Shown: in pieces, positions 1 to 10,040 of the stretch | Numbering within the stretch: position 1 is the stretch's first letter | Layout: every line of letters begins with the position of its first letter | Origin: a virus | DNA length: 64,000 nucleotides | Virus record (IMG/VR): IMGVR_UViG_3300022925_000005 | Strand: one strand, 5' to 3' | The notes under the pieces: generated by a model | What the model saw: the letters and a program-made list of their open reading frames with translations, nothing else | Databases searched by the model: none | What the model was told of the DNA's origin: nothing | Program-made: the position numbers and the translations under genes

Positions 1-753
1 ACAATTAAGTGAGAATGTACCAGCTGCTACAGTTGGCATTAGATGAACCCCATATTTGAACTTAGATACTTCCCTCATCCAATCAATCCAAACCATTCTA
101 TCAAAGTGATTCAAATCTTCCATTGCACCTTCGTTATTTCTCTTAGCATGAGATTCTTGTCCCCAAATAGGTACACCAAATTCGGTTGCTACCATATAGG
201 ATTCGAATCCACCATACCACCTTGCAAAGTTACCACCAATCAAAACCTTATCTTCTGGTTTTGCTGAAATACCTCTAATTAAATTATCAATCATTAAGGT
301 TCTCATCACTTCCACTTTTTTGTTTGGTAGTAATCCTTTGTAGTAGTTTACATCAGATTCATTGTGTGCAAAGATACCATCGGTTTTTGCTAAAAAGTTG
401 TAGAATTGAATCTGGTCTACAATCTCATAATCATTCCACCACCAATGCGGTCCTTCTTGAATGTAATATACTTTTTGATTTACACTCTTCAAAGTATCTA
501 CTATTGGTTCGTTTAGATATTGAGAAGCTGGGTTAACCCCATCTCCTATTCTAGAACCTTCAGCTGATAGGAATAACTTACCTTTTGGGAAGATTATAAA
601 CACAACATCATATCCACTAACCGATTGGTATTTTGCTAATGGATAATGAACAGCGTTTAGAGCGTTCATCCAAGCAAACTCAGTTCTAGCGTTTGGATGT
701 TCGTTGGGAATAGTTCCCTCAAATCCCATTTCCGTTAGAAAAGCTACTTTCAT
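1..753 (-). CDS. Putative GT-B glycosyltransferase-like protein (3' end beyond window)
   Basis: Not in the ORF track because it runs off the window edge. Manual translation from ATG at 753 gives MKVAFLTEMGFEG...QEGPHWWW...GGNFARWYGG...HLMPTVAAGTFSLNC, open to base 1. ATGA overlap with the upstream GT2 gene; lies in the GT cluster. Confidence 0.65.
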   Translation of the reverse strand, partial: MKVAFLTEMGFEGTIPNEHPNARTEFAWMNALNAVHYPLAKYQSVSGYDVVFIIFPKGKLFLSAEGSRIGDGVNPASQYLNEPIVDTLKSVNQKVYYIQEGPHWWWNDYEIVDQIQFYNFLAKTDGIFAHNESDVNYYKGLLPNKKVEVMRTLMIDNLIRGISAKPEDKVLIGGNFARWYGGFESYMVATEFGVPIWGQESHAKRNNEGAMEDLNHFDRMVWIDWMREVSKFKYGVHLMPTVAAGTFSLNC

Positions 754-1382
754 ATCGTATTATATAATTCGTTTTGTCTTTCCTGTCTTTCAATCTCCTT
801 TGGATGATAGATGGCGAATGGTTCTTCTAATGGTAGAATAGTTAAAGTATTATAACCTTTAATTCTTTCATGTACTTTACCTTCCCATTCTATTACTGAT
901 GTTCTTCGATAGATTCTAGTTTGTAAATCAGGCCAATTAACCCAACCTTCATTATTAACATTCCATCCCCATTTTTTAATATGCCCATCAGTCAAACCTT
1001 CAACTGTGTTTACTCTTGGAACAAAGAATAAATCAATATCTAAATTTGCCTCTAACAATTCATGCATATTAGCAACTAAATACTCATTTGGAATCTCATC
1101 AGCATCAATTTGAAAAATGAAAATCCCTTTAGCATGATTCTTTAAGTTGTTTTTAAATGATGCAAAATCTTTGTTAAGTGGAAAATTAATCACACTTACA
1201 TTTGAATGCAATTGTTCAATAATTTTTAAATAATCAATAACTTCTTTGGTAGCTCCATCGGTATCATATTGAATCAAAATCTCATCATCCGATTGAATTC
1301 TGGGATGGAGAAAGTTTACCAACTTTGTAATCTCATTTAATTCATTACAAACAGTAATTGCGTATGTAACATTAATATCCAT
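750..1382 (-). CDS. Glycosyltransferase family 2 (GT-A)
   Basis: N-terminal YAITVCNE, DxD motif (QIDADE), WEGKVHE motif typical of GT2 beta-glucosyltransferase-like proteins. Confidence 0.85.
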   Translation of the reverse strand: MDINVTYAITVCNELNEITKLVNFLHPRIQSDDEILIQYDTDGATKEVIDYLKIIEQLHSNVSVINFPLNKDFASFKNNLKNHAKGIFIFQIDADEIPNEYLVANMHELLEANLDIDLFFVPRVNTVEGLTDGHIKKWGWNVNNEGWVNWPDLQTRIYRRTSVIEWEGKVHERIKGYNTLTILPLEEPFAIYHPKEIERQERQNELYNTI

Positions 1383-1848
1383 AATATTGCTTTAGTATAT
1401 TGTTTTTTAAATAAAATTCAGTAGCATATTGAATACCATCCAATTTATATGTTCTATATGCAGCTCCCTTTGCAACAAAATCTTTGTTGTTTTTTATGTA
1501 AGAATCATAAACCTTATTACCACCTAAATCCATTGGAGTTGCAAATTCATATAAAGGTATTTTAGTTCTATCACCTTCAAATAATGCCTCATCATCACCC
1601 TTTGATAATTTCTTAAACCAATTTAAGAATTTAACAGGCTCAATGTTTGAAAGTTTCAATGCAGATACCTTTCGTTGATATACACCAGTTACGAATATCA
1701 ATGTTTCATCATCACCTCTTAAATTTGTTCGCTTCCCCTCCGTATATTTGTAAGTGGAAATCTTATATAACCCATAGGGTTGGATTTCGGTTTTTGCTAC
1801 TCGCTCACCTTTATCCATCATACCCTTATATCTTAATGCGTAATTCAT
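1372..1848 (-). CDS. Hypothetical phage protein (weak resemblance to T4 gp2-like DNA end protector)
   Basis: 158-aa ORF tightly coupled to both neighbours; the functional resemblance is only impressionistic. Confidence 0.5.
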   Translation of the reverse strand: MNYALRYKGMMDKGERVAKTEIQPYGLYKISTYKYTEGKRTNLRGDDETLIFVTGVYQRKVSALKLSNIEPVKFLNWFKKLSKGDDEALFEGDRTKIPLYEFATPMDLGGNKVYDSYIKNNKDFVAKGAAYRTYKLDGIQYATEFYLKNNILKQYYGY

Positions 1849-3146
1849 TATACTTTATTTAGTTTTGGAAGTTGCATTTTTTCTTTGTTTAACTTAGGTA
1901 AGTTAAATGGTTTTTGTTGTGGGATTGATTTCACATATTTGTTCATCATTTCTTCAAAAACTTCATCCATTTTACTTAAACTAAAGTTTTTTTCTATGTT
2001 TGTTTTTAACCCAGCTGAGTTAGATAAATACGAATCATATTCATTGAATACCTTATACATCTTATTGGCTGCATCTGAGTAGTTTACAGTAAACCACTTA
2101 GCTTCTTTAAGTAAGAACTTATCTGCTGCTGATTCATCTACATTAGTTAACTGACCATCTAAGAAAACAGTGTGTTCCTTTGGTAGGAAATCAACGTGTC
2201 CACTCCAACCACTAACCATAATCGGTTTACCAGTCAATGCAAACTCAGCCAAAGGTCTACCATATCCCTCACCTTTGGTAAATGATACCATTGCTTTTAC
2301 TTTAGGATGATTATATAGTTCACTCATTTCAGAATCATCTAAATCACCATGAAGTAAATAAATCTTAGGTAAATCATCACCAAACACATTGATAATGTTT
2401 TCAATTTTTTCTCTCGTATTTTCTCTATCAATAACAGAGAAACCAGCGTGAGATGTTTTAAGGATAAGACCTGGTCTTTTATCTTTTGGTAGATATTTGA
2501 ATACCGTAGCAAATGTTTTAATAACCATACCCACATCCTTTCTATCTTGCCCTAAACTACCCTTCAACCAATGTCCTACATATAGGAAGTTGAAATCAGT
2601 TTCTAATACACCATCTAAAATATCAACTTTAGAATCTGATGGTAGGTAACGTTCTAAATCAACTCCTTCAAATAAAACTTCAACCGGCTTTGTGATTCTA
2701 TGTTCATTTACAATTTGTCCCGTTTGACTATTCTTTTCTTGATATGCCGTTTGAGTCATAATGTTCTTTGTGAACTCTGATGGTACGATTATTAAATCCA
2801 TCTTATTTGAACCATCTATAAATTCTTTTGGAATTATAGTAGTTTCAACCCCTGCGGTAATACCAATGTTAAAGTTACCCTTCGGTTCGAACTCATTAGC
2901 AACTGACATTTGCATAAAGATATCCGGCTTTCTATCTAACTTAGTTATTACATTTGGAAATACCATTTTCCCAAATTCACTATCAGGTTTGATTTGATTT
3001 TGTGGAGTATTTCCCCATCGAGTTGGTACAACTTTTACATCGTACTTATCCATTTTAAACAAGCTTCTCAAAATATCTCTCGCATGGTCTCCATAACCAC
3101 TTCGAGTAAATACAGGTGCTTGATATACTAATAAAGGTTTATTCAT
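1848..3146 (-). CDS. Glycosyltransferase family 4-like (GT-B)
   Basis: N-terminal SGYG motif, GEGYGRPLAE (EGFG-x-E) motif, WSGHVDFL. Confidence 0.85.
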   Translation of the reverse strand: MNKPLLVYQAPVFTRSGYGDHARDILRSLFKMDKYDVKVVPTRWGNTPQNQIKPDSEFGKMVFPNVITKLDRKPDIFMQMSVANEFEPKGNFNIGITAGVETTIIPKEFIDGSNKMDLIIVPSEFTKNIMTQTAYQEKNSQTGQIVNEHRITKPVEVLFEGVDLERYLPSDSKVDILDGVLETDFNFLYVGHWLKGSLGQDRKDVGMVIKTFATVFKYLPKDKRPGLILKTSHAGFSVIDRENTREKIENIINVFGDDLPKIYLLHGDLDDSEMSELYNHPKVKAMVSFTKGEGYGRPLAEFALTGKPIMVSGWSGHVDFLPKEHTVFLDGQLTNVDESAADKFLLKEAKWFTVNYSDAANKMYKVFNEYDSYLSNSAGLKTNIEKNFSLSKMDEVFEEMMNKYVKSIPQQKPFNLPKLNKEKMQLPKLNKV

Positions 3147-3152
3147 AACTTA

Positions 3153-3476
3153 TTATCCTTTGTATGCTTTAATTTTTTCTATTTTTCTACTCTCCATATT
3201 GAAATATAATACATCCATTACCTTAATAGTTTCTGATTCTGTGTGTATTAATATCTCATTGTATGTACGATTTTCAAACTGATTACATTCAATTAACTCA
3301 AATGTCAAATCACTTTCAAACATAAGTGAGTTCATTTCTAATACATTTGTACTACCAAACCACTCACCATTCCAATCATACAATTCAACATCAGATGCGT
3401 ATTGTAGTGATAGTAAATTTAAATCTTTTTTATTTAGATTTTTAAAATATTCTTTCGAAGATACTGTAAAATTCAT
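3153..3476 (-). CDS. SnoaL/NTF2-like small protein
   Basis: 107 aa with the pattern YF..LN.KDL..L...YA.DVEL.DW and C-terminal I.KIKAYKG. Confidence 0.6.
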   Translation of the reverse strand: MNFTVSSKEYFKNLNKKDLNLLSLQYASDVELYDWNGEWFGSTNVLEMNSLMFESDLTFELIECNQFENRTYNEILIHTESETIKVMDVLYFNMESRKIEKIKAYKG

Positions 3477-3480
3477 AATA

Positions 3481-4872
3481 TTAGTTTAATTTAAATAATT
3501 CGAATCGTTTACGTGGTTTCCAATTTTCGAAAGTACCTTCGATACCATCTACTAATGTACTACACATATTTTCTACACTCAATCCAGACTCACCGATAAA
3601 TGAATCCCTTCCAACTTGTCCGTTTGATTTAAGAACTTCTTTAGGAGTGTTGTACATTTCTTCCATAGCAGTTGCTACATCATATACATCTACTTTATCA
3701 TCCCAAATGTATGGGGTTGGTACTGAACCAGCCATAGTTTGTGCTCTACTCCATACAGGTCTAGCCCACACACCACTTTCTAATTTATCTTCCCAATCTC
3801 TCCACTTATGTAAAGAACCCAATTCTTTGTAATCTTCAGAAGTAACCAACTCACCAGTTTCGTTGTATCTGAAACCACATTGGTCTTGCAAACCACCAGT
3901 TACGTTAACAATGATTGGTGTACCAGCCATTACTGATTCTGCGGTTGTTAAACCAAATCCTTCATTACCAGCAATGTTGATTGTTACATCTCCGATGTTA
4001 TATAGGTAATTAAGTTCTTCAGTAGTTCTTCTCTTATCTGAGAATATGATGTTACAATCAGTAGCTAATGTGTTATGTACTGCTGGTAAATCCGTACCAT
4101 TGTTATCCACCGGTTGAGTGTGCATTAATAATGCCACTTTCTTAGCTTTTTCTTCACCAATTCTATCACAAAACTCTTTGAATGCCATAATCACATCAGA
4201 TGGTTGCTTTCTACGAATGTTACGATTTGACCAATAGAATATGAAATCATACTCTTTATCTTTTAGTATTTCAGAACGAAATTCAGATGGTACATCCGTT
4301 GGGAAGTATTCAGTTGAGTTGATACCATGTGGTACATATGATACTTGCCAATCTTTGTGAGGTCTCCACGTTGGTTTATCAGTTCTATTGGTTAGACGGG
4401 ATACAATACCATAAGTTTGACGAGAGATACACCCAATCCAATCACAACTTTCGTAGTAATTTCTATTGTATAGTGGGTCTGGTAAATCATCCCAAATTGC
4501 ATAGAATAGAATTGGAACATTTTGTCTTACCTCATGCTCCATATCGTATAACCATGTCCAATAACGTGGGTCAGTAAAGTGTAAGATGGCATCAGGTTGT
4601 TCTGAGTTGATTAATTGTCTAATCAAACCTTGGTCACCATAACCACTCCAAGGGAGTATTTTAACACTAGCATCTTCTACACCAGTTCTTTTTTGTATAT
4701 CTAATGATACATCTAAAATCTTTCCCTTCTCAGGGTGGTCAATTGCGGCTCCTACTTGAAACCAGTCGTATTTATCAACAGTACCCATAACCAATGCCTT
4801 AGACATGGTAGCGATACCACTTGCCATCCTTAAATCATCGGATAGTAATAGAATCTTCTTCTTTTTACTCAT
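3481..4872 (-). CDS. Glycosyltransferase family 4-like (GT-B)
   Basis: KILLLSDD..MASG, YVPHGI, NRNIRRK, NEGFGLTTAES motif. Confidence 0.88.
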   Translation of the reverse strand: MSKKKKILLLSDDLRMASGIATMSKALVMGTVDKYDWFQVGAAIDHPEKGKILDVSLDIQKRTGVEDASVKILPWSGYGDQGLIRQLINSEQPDAILHFTDPRYWTWLYDMEHEVRQNVPILFYAIWDDLPDPLYNRNYYESCDWIGCISRQTYGIVSRLTNRTDKPTWRPHKDWQVSYVPHGINSTEYFPTDVPSEFRSEILKDKEYDFIFYWSNRNIRRKQPSDVIMAFKEFCDRIGEEKAKKVALLMHTQPVDNNGTDLPAVHNTLATDCNIIFSDKRRTTEELNYLYNIGDVTINIAGNEGFGLTTAESVMAGTPIIVNVTGGLQDQCGFRYNETGELVTSEDYKELGSLHKWRDWEDKLESGVWARPVWSRAQTMAGSVPTPYIWDDKVDVYDVATAMEEMYNTPKEVLKSNGQVGRDSFIGESGLSVENMCSTLVDGIEGTFENWKPRKRFELFKLN

Positions 4873-4899
4873 AACTTATTAATATAACCTTTTTTTAAT

Positions 4900-5097
4900 T
4901 TAAAATTGTGAACCGCTGATTTGTAGTTTTAAATACTCATTCATTTCATTTCTGAATTCCTCATCGGTTACATATCGTTCTACTGTCCTATTTACTAACT
5001 TTTGAAGTGTTACATCCGATTCAAACGATACTTGTTTAAAATTTGAGTACACTCCTTTTATTATTTTTACAGTAGTTAATTTTGTTTCTACACTCAT
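4900..5097 (-). CDS. Small putative DNA-binding (ribbon-helix-helix-like) protein
   Basis: Likely start ATG 5097 (MSVETKLTTVKII...TLQKLVNRTVERY), which avoids overlap with the upstream gene; strand-helix-helix pattern. Confidence 0.55.
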   Translation of the reverse strand: MSVETKLTTVKIIKGVYSNFKQVSFESDVTLQKLVNRTVERYVTDEEFRNEMNEYLKLQISGSQF

Positions 5098-5143
5098 AAT
5101 ATATGTATTTGTTTCATATATATAAGTATATAGATATTTTATT

Positions 5144-6013
5144 TTACGATGGTTTTTTATCACATAACCCTCTGTTACCAAATTCACAAAACTTACAATT
5201 CTTTTGCCGTTCACCTGGTTGCTTTGGGTATTCCTTTTCTATGAATTTACCTTCATCATCAAATACATCATTTACAAAGTTGATAAATTCATTGTAAATC
5301 TTATTTACAGTTGGTTTACCATTAGCTGGAATATGCTTTGACATATATGGGATTGGGAATGGTGCATCTTCGTATAGTTTTCTTCTCATAATCTGATACT
5401 CAACTTTAATCTTATCCAATGGAATATTGAATAGTTCAGAATAGTACTTCTTATATAGAACAATTTGAGCGTTTTTGAACTTATCTGCTTTAGCGTACTT
5501 ATTCCAACCCATTGTTGATGTTTTCAAATCAATAATGATGATTGAGTTATCTGATAAATCTCTCATAACAACATCAATAAATCCAATGAATTGTACACCT
5601 TCTTTAATCTTAGCGTTAAGAGGTATCTCTATCCCTACTAACTCAAATCCAGTCTTTGTATAGAACTTATCTATCTTTGCCTTAAACCACTCTAATATTC
5701 TTCTACCATCACCATAGAATTCTTCCAATTCTAACTGAGAGCAGATTGTTCCCTCACTTAACTTTTCGGTTTCTTTGGTATATTCCTTTCTCATCCATTC
5801 CAACAACAACTTATCGGTATCGATTTCCATTGCTTGTTTCTTAGAAACCCCATACATCACCGAAAGGAAATGTTGAATTGTTTCGTGGATGGAAGTACCA
5901 AAAATTGTATAAATGTTAGCGGATGATTCCCCCAACTTATCGATATACCTTAACTTATATTGTTGAGGACATGATGAATATGTTGAATATTGTGAAAAGC
6001 TTACTCTAGCCAT
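5144..6013 (-). CDS. PD-(D/E)XK exonuclease (RecB/Cas4-like)
   Basis: SFSQ..Y..CP, GT.IH, GFIDVV...IIDLKT, Q+.LY, C-terminal CKFC..C cluster. Confidence 0.85.
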   Translation of the reverse strand: MARVSFSQYSTYSSCPQQYKLRYIDKLGESSANIYTIFGTSIHETIQHFLSVMYGVSKKQAMEIDTDKLLLEWMRKEYTKETEKLSEGTICSQLELEEFYGDGRRILEWFKAKIDKFYTKTGFELVGIEIPLNAKIKEGVQFIGFIDVVMRDLSDNSIIIIDLKTSTMGWNKYAKADKFKNAQIVLYKKYYSELFNIPLDKIKVEYQIMRRKLYEDAPFPIPYMSKHIPANGKPTVNKIYNEFINFVNDVFDDEGKFIEKEYPKQPGERQKNCKFCEFGNRGLCDKKPS

Positions 6014-6032
6014 AAATCTTTTGTTTGTTACA

Positions 6033-6064
6033 CAAATATACGAAAAAAGTTTGGGATTTCCAAA
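6033..6064 (-). promoter_or_regulatory. Bacteroidota sigma-A type promoter
   Basis: TTTG-N20-TATATTTG upstream of the exonuclease. Confidence 0.8.
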
Positions 6065-6095
6065 CTTTTCTCACTTTTATTATATTTTAAATATC

Positions 6096-6299
6096 TTATG
6101 ATAAATCAACACTCAGTAATATCATATTGCCGGGTGATTCCTCAACATATATACTAGCAACATTACCATCAAATGTTACTTTAGTTTGAAATGGTAACTC
6201 AGCTTGTAATACAGGTCCCATAGTTGCTTTAGCTGTTTCTAAATCAGATGTTCTTCTGATTATAGCAACAATCTCTTTTACTTTATCCGTATTTGACAT
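6096..6299 (-). CDS. Hypothetical protein
   Basis: 67-aa ORF in operon context. Confidence 0.55.
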   Translation of the reverse strand: MSNTDKVKEIVAIIRRTSDLETAKATMGPVLQAELPFQTKVTFDGNVASIYVEESPGNMILLSVDLS

Positions 6300-6302
6300 A
6301 AT

Positions 6303-6752
6303 TTATAGTTTTATTTTTAATTTTTTAATAATCTTAGGGTCTGTCCCATAATCTTCAGATAACTGAATGATACGTTCTTTACCACTTTTGGAATTATATA
6401 GAATCTTCAAATAACTCTCAGCTTCTAACTTAGATACCTCATAATGATTTGCTACCAATTCCACCAACCAACCTTCGTATTTATCAGCAGTTTTTGGTTT
6501 CATATACTTCATAAAGTGCCTACCCTTTGGAAGTAAATCAATCATAGCAAGATACATTGCTTTAGGTGGTACCTCTTGCAAATATGGTTGAACTGCTGCG
6601 ATAGTTTCCACCCATTCATATTTCATAGATAGGAAACGTAACACCATATAGTTCGACCAGGTCTTTTTATCAGCTTCTTCTAACTTATCCCAATACTTTG
6701 GGTCTTGCTCATTGGTTACTGCCTTAATATGGTCGAAGAGTGATTTAGGCAT
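6303..6752 (-). CDS. Clamp loader small subunit (T4 gp62-like)
   Basis: LFDHIKAV, YMVLRFLSM, LVANHYEVSKLEAESYL pattern; near the gp44-like gene. Confidence 0.75.
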   Translation of the reverse strand: MPKSLFDHIKAVTNEQDPKYWDKLEEADKKTWSNYMVLRFLSMKYEWVETIAAVQPYLQEVPPKAMYLAMIDLLPKGRHFMKYMKPKTADKYEGWLVELVANHYEVSKLEAESYLKILYNSKSGKERIIQLSEDYGTDPKIIKKLKIKL

Positions 6753-7071
6753 TGTTTTCAGCTTCTTTATTCTTATCCATTTGCATCAATGCTTTCAATT
6801 GTTCAGGCATCAGTTCCTCACATATCTCACCACAATTAGCACATAACATTACATCAATTGGTACTACCACATCTTGTGGTGTGCCTGTGATTAGTTTAGA
6901 TATCTTACGAAACTTACCAGCCGTTACAAATACATCATCACCACAACTACCACATACAATTGGTTTTGATTTACCCAAATCGATTTGAGGTTGTCCAGTT
7001 GAATTGGTTGGTTGTGATTGAGTTGGTTTTTGTGGTTTCCCACCATTCATTCCTATTACTTTTGTTGCCAT
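6745..7071 (-). CDS. Zn-ribbon hypothetical protein
   Basis: CGSCG ... CANCG pairs; sits between the clamp-loader subunits. Confidence 0.65.
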   Translation of the reverse strand: MATKVIGMNGGKPQKPTQSQPTNSTGQPQIDLGKSKPIVCGSCGDDVFVTAGKFRKISKLITGTPQDVVVPIDVMLCANCGEICEELMPEQLKALMQMDKNKEAENNA

Positions 7072-7072
7072 C

Positions 7073-8020
7073 TTAAATTAAGTTTAATATTTCGATTAAT
7101 GTTGCTGCCATTGGAATCTCTTTATCAATAGCATTGAAGTGTCTACTCTGTCCTTCTGATAATGCGATGATTACATTCGCTGTATTTGATGGAGCGTATT
7201 CATCTACCTTCTCATACAACATAGTAAACAATTCTGAGAAATCAGTTACTCTACTATCTATGATAGCTTGTCTCATATTGGTATATTTGTTTCTCTTATC
7301 ATCATTTGATTTAAGAATATCCAACACTTTGGTTTTGTAATCATTCTCCAACAAATTTTGAGTATCTACTTGTAACTTACCTTTATTTGAGTTCAATTGA
7401 CACGTATTGATAATCTTACGAATATCAGGATACCCAGCATCAATAATTGGAACTAAATCCTTTGGTTCAAACGTTACACCCTCTGCTCCCAAAATCTTTG
7501 AGATTTGAACAGCCACATCCTTCTTAGTTGGTGGTACAATTTGGAATGATTGACAACGAGATTGAATTGGTTCGATTACTTTCTCAACATAATTACAAGT
7601 CAAAATGAATCGGCAATGTTGTGAGAATGTTTCCATCAAATTACGAAGAATCGCTTGTGCGTTTGGAGACATGTAATCAAACTCATCTAAGATAATAATC
7701 TTCCACTTTTTGAATCCCATTGAGGATGCGAAGTTCTTTACCTTATTACGGACTGTATCCACATTGTTCTCATCAGATGCGTTGATTACCATATAATCAC
7801 AATCCACCGATTTTACAATCAGTTTAGCCAATGTGGTTTTACCAGTACCAGCTCTACCATATAGTAAAAGGTGTGGTACATCACCACTTTCTAAGTAACC
7901 TTCTACTTTTGATTTTAGGTGTTCATTACCTACATAATCAACTAACTTAGTTGGACGGTACGATTCCACCCATAAACTATTATCTACTTTTTCTTCTACG
8001 TTTTGTTCGAAAAATGCCAT
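7073..8020 (-). CDS. Clamp loader large subunit (RFC / T4 gp44-like AAA+)
   Basis: LWVESYRP, Walker A GRAGTGKT, INASDE, Walker B LDEFD, SRC motif. Confidence 0.95.
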   Translation of the reverse strand: MAFFEQNVEEKVDNSLWVESYRPTKLVDYVGNEHLKSKVEGYLESGDVPHLLLYGRAGTGKTTLAKLIVKSVDCDYMVINASDENNVDTVRNKVKNFASSMGFKKWKIIILDEFDYMSPNAQAILRNLMETFSQHCRFILTCNYVEKVIEPIQSRCQSFQIVPPTKKDVAVQISKILGAEGVTFEPKDLVPIIDAGYPDIRKIINTCQLNSNKGKLQVDTQNLLENDYKTKVLDILKSNDDKRNKYTNMRQAIIDSRVTDFSELFTMLYEKVDEYAPSNTANVIIALSEGQSRHFNAIDKEIPMAATLIEILNLI

Positions 8021-8039
8021 TTCTTATTTTTTGTTTTTA

Positions 8040-9260
8040 TTATCTACCTACTTCACTCAATCTCTGAGCCTTAAAATCTTCCCAACTTACACCAACTCCA
8101 TCTAAATAGAATAAGTGGTCGGTTTTCAATCTACCATCATCATGTAACTTAGAGTATCTCTTAATTGCTTGTCTCTTCCACCAATTGTTAATGTAATCAG
8201 TACCCTCTGAGAACTTCTTCTTCATTACCAATTCAGATTCTTCAATTTCTGAACGTAGGAACTCATTACCATTCTCATACATCTGAGCGAAATACACACC
8301 TCTTTTGAAACCATGATGATATTCAGATTGTTTGATACCACATTCTTTGAATATCTGTCCAAGAATCTTTTGTTTGATACCACTTACAGGTCCACTAGCT
8401 CCCTTTCCGGTTCCCATAGATTCACCATTACGAATTCTTTCATTGGTGATTGCAGTTTGATACCAATCAGCACGATTCTCTTTAATCCATTGGTGCCAAG
8501 GTTCGTAGAATTCATCATCAGGTTTCAAAGAAATCTTCCCAGCGGATTCCCCCAACGTTTTGAAGTGAGGGATTCCGTTATACTGAGAATGTATTCCATA
8601 AAGGGAAGTTGTACCAACAGCTATCAATGTTTGCCCATACTTTCTTTTCCAAAATTCCCTTACTTCGGGAACTGTAGTCATCATAGCAGTGAGTTTACCA
8701 CCTAAGAAATTGTAACCTAAAGGTTGGGTACAAACAATAGTGGAAGCGATAGTTGTATAGTTCAACTTTCCCTTTTTGAATTTATCTTCTTTGGTCCATC
8801 CGATGTATTTATCTCTAACACCCATTGAAGTAACATCTGAAGCGAGGGATACCAATCCCAACAATTTACCACTCGTCCTATCTTTGATAAAGATTTTCAC
8901 ATTACGACCAGGGTTAGCTGTCCAACTCATAGTGTGAATCATCCTACGAAGATGAGTCCACTTTGTAGATGCGTTTGCATCATCCTCAACTATCTCAACA
9001 TAAGGGTCTAACGATTCTATCTCTTTGATAGTTTGTTCCTTATTATTGATATCAGTTGGTTTCCATTGGAAATCGTAAAGAGTAGCGATTTGGGATTTAT
9101 CTCGAATCATAGAATCCTCTTGCAGCTCAACCCACTTTTTGTATAATGTTTGCTCTTCTACACTCATTGTCATAAGGTAGTCCATATTTTCAATGAGTTT
9201 TCTTTTCTCATCTTCAAATACAAATTCAGGTTTTGCTGGTTCAGTATCCCAAAAGCTCAT
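8040..9260 (-). CDS. DUF4338 / Druantia DruA-like protein
   Basis: PGR....I.D..SGKLLG...LASD....RD.YIGW, P+GYNFLGGKL, TTSLYG..SQYN motifs as recalled for DUF4338/DruA. Confidence 0.7.
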   Translation of the reverse strand: MSFWDTEPAKPEFVFEDEKRKLIENMDYLMTMSVEEQTLYKKWVELQEDSMIRDKSQIATLYDFQWKPTDINNKEQTIKEIESLDPYVEIVEDDANASTKWTHLRRMIHTMSWTANPGRNVKIFIKDRTSGKLLGLVSLASDVTSMGVRDKYIGWTKEDKFKKGKLNYTTIASTIVCTQPLGYNFLGGKLTAMMTTVPEVREFWKRKYGQTLIAVGTTSLYGIHSQYNGIPHFKTLGESAGKISLKPDDEFYEPWHQWIKENRADWYQTAITNERIRNGESMGTGKGASGPVSGIKQKILGQIFKECGIKQSEYHHGFKRGVYFAQMYENGNEFLRSEIEESELVMKKKFSEGTDYINNWWKRQAIKRYSKLHDDGRLKTDHLFYLDGVGVSWEDFKAQRLSEVGR

Positions 9261-9282
9261 ATGTTTCTTCTTTTAAATGTTA

Positions 9283-9978
9283 TTACTTAATTTCGACAAG
9301 ATAGTAATTGCTTACATAATCTCCTTCAGTAAATGCTACTTTAGCCAAACCTTGCGAAGAGATTTCCAAAGATGATGTAGATGAACCTTTGTTAGCCAAT
9401 AGAATAGCTTTCAAATACTTAGCTGAGAATGCAATTGGTGAAACATCACCTTCACATTTACAATCAACTGAGATTGAGATTCGGTTAGAGTTGATAGAAG
9501 AATATCCTAAGATGATTTCTCCTTTGTTATCTTTACAAGTAAATGTAAATGTATCAGCATCTGCTAATGCTCCCTTAGATTTGATGAATTTGTTTACAAA
9601 CTCATTATCCAATGTAATATCTACATTGAAAGGAGGTAGTGCCTTCAAATCAGGTACCGCTGGGATAACTGATGGTGCTGCCAACATATACTGCATCTTT
9701 GTTCCTTTATCAGAGAACTTCAAAGCTCCAGTTACTTCCTCTACTGAGATGTTGTTATCCAACACACTCAATAAACCTTTTAACTGAGATGTAGTGTAGA
9801 TACCGAACTCACCATTTGGGAATTCAGATTCTGCTACTGTAACATCACCTAAAAGAGTCTTGTCATCTGAAATCATACGAACCGAAAGGTTTGTATCATC
9901 AGATTTAATCATCACCGATTCAACCTCTCCACCAAGATTGTAACGATTAATAAAACCATCGAATTTTACTTTTTCCAT
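9283..9978 (-). CDS. DNA sliding clamp (T4 gp45-like)
   Basis: 231 aa, EFGIY..SQL motif, two-domain clamp size, located between PolB and the clamp loader. Confidence 0.75.
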   Translation of the reverse strand: MEKVKFDGFINRYNLGGEVESVMIKSDDTNLSVRMISDDKTLLGDVTVAESEFPNGEFGIYTTSQLKGLLSVLDNNISVEEVTGALKFSDKGTKMQYMLAAPSVIPAVPDLKALPPFNVDITLDNEFVNKFIKSKGALADADTFTFTCKDNKGEIILGYSSINSNRISISVDCKCEGDVSPIAFSAKYLKAILLANKGSSTSSLEISSQGLAKVAFTEGDYVSNYYLVEIK

Positions 9979-10008
9979 AATTGTGTTTTAATATTTATTA
10001 TTGAATTA

Positions 10009-10040
10009 CAAATATACAAAAATTATTTGATACTACCAAA
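10009..10040 (-). promoter_or_regulatory. Bacteroidota sigma-A type promoter
   Basis: TTTG-N20-TATATTTG upstream of the sliding clamp. Confidence 0.8.

Noticed and set aside
5098-5214. N-terminal extension of the 4900..5214 ORF
   Set aside because: It overlaps the exonuclease 3' end and a promoter-like motif; ATG 5097 is the more plausible start.
8040-9260. Complete Druantia defence system
   Set aside because: Only a DruA-like gene is present; no DruE helicase or DruB-D.
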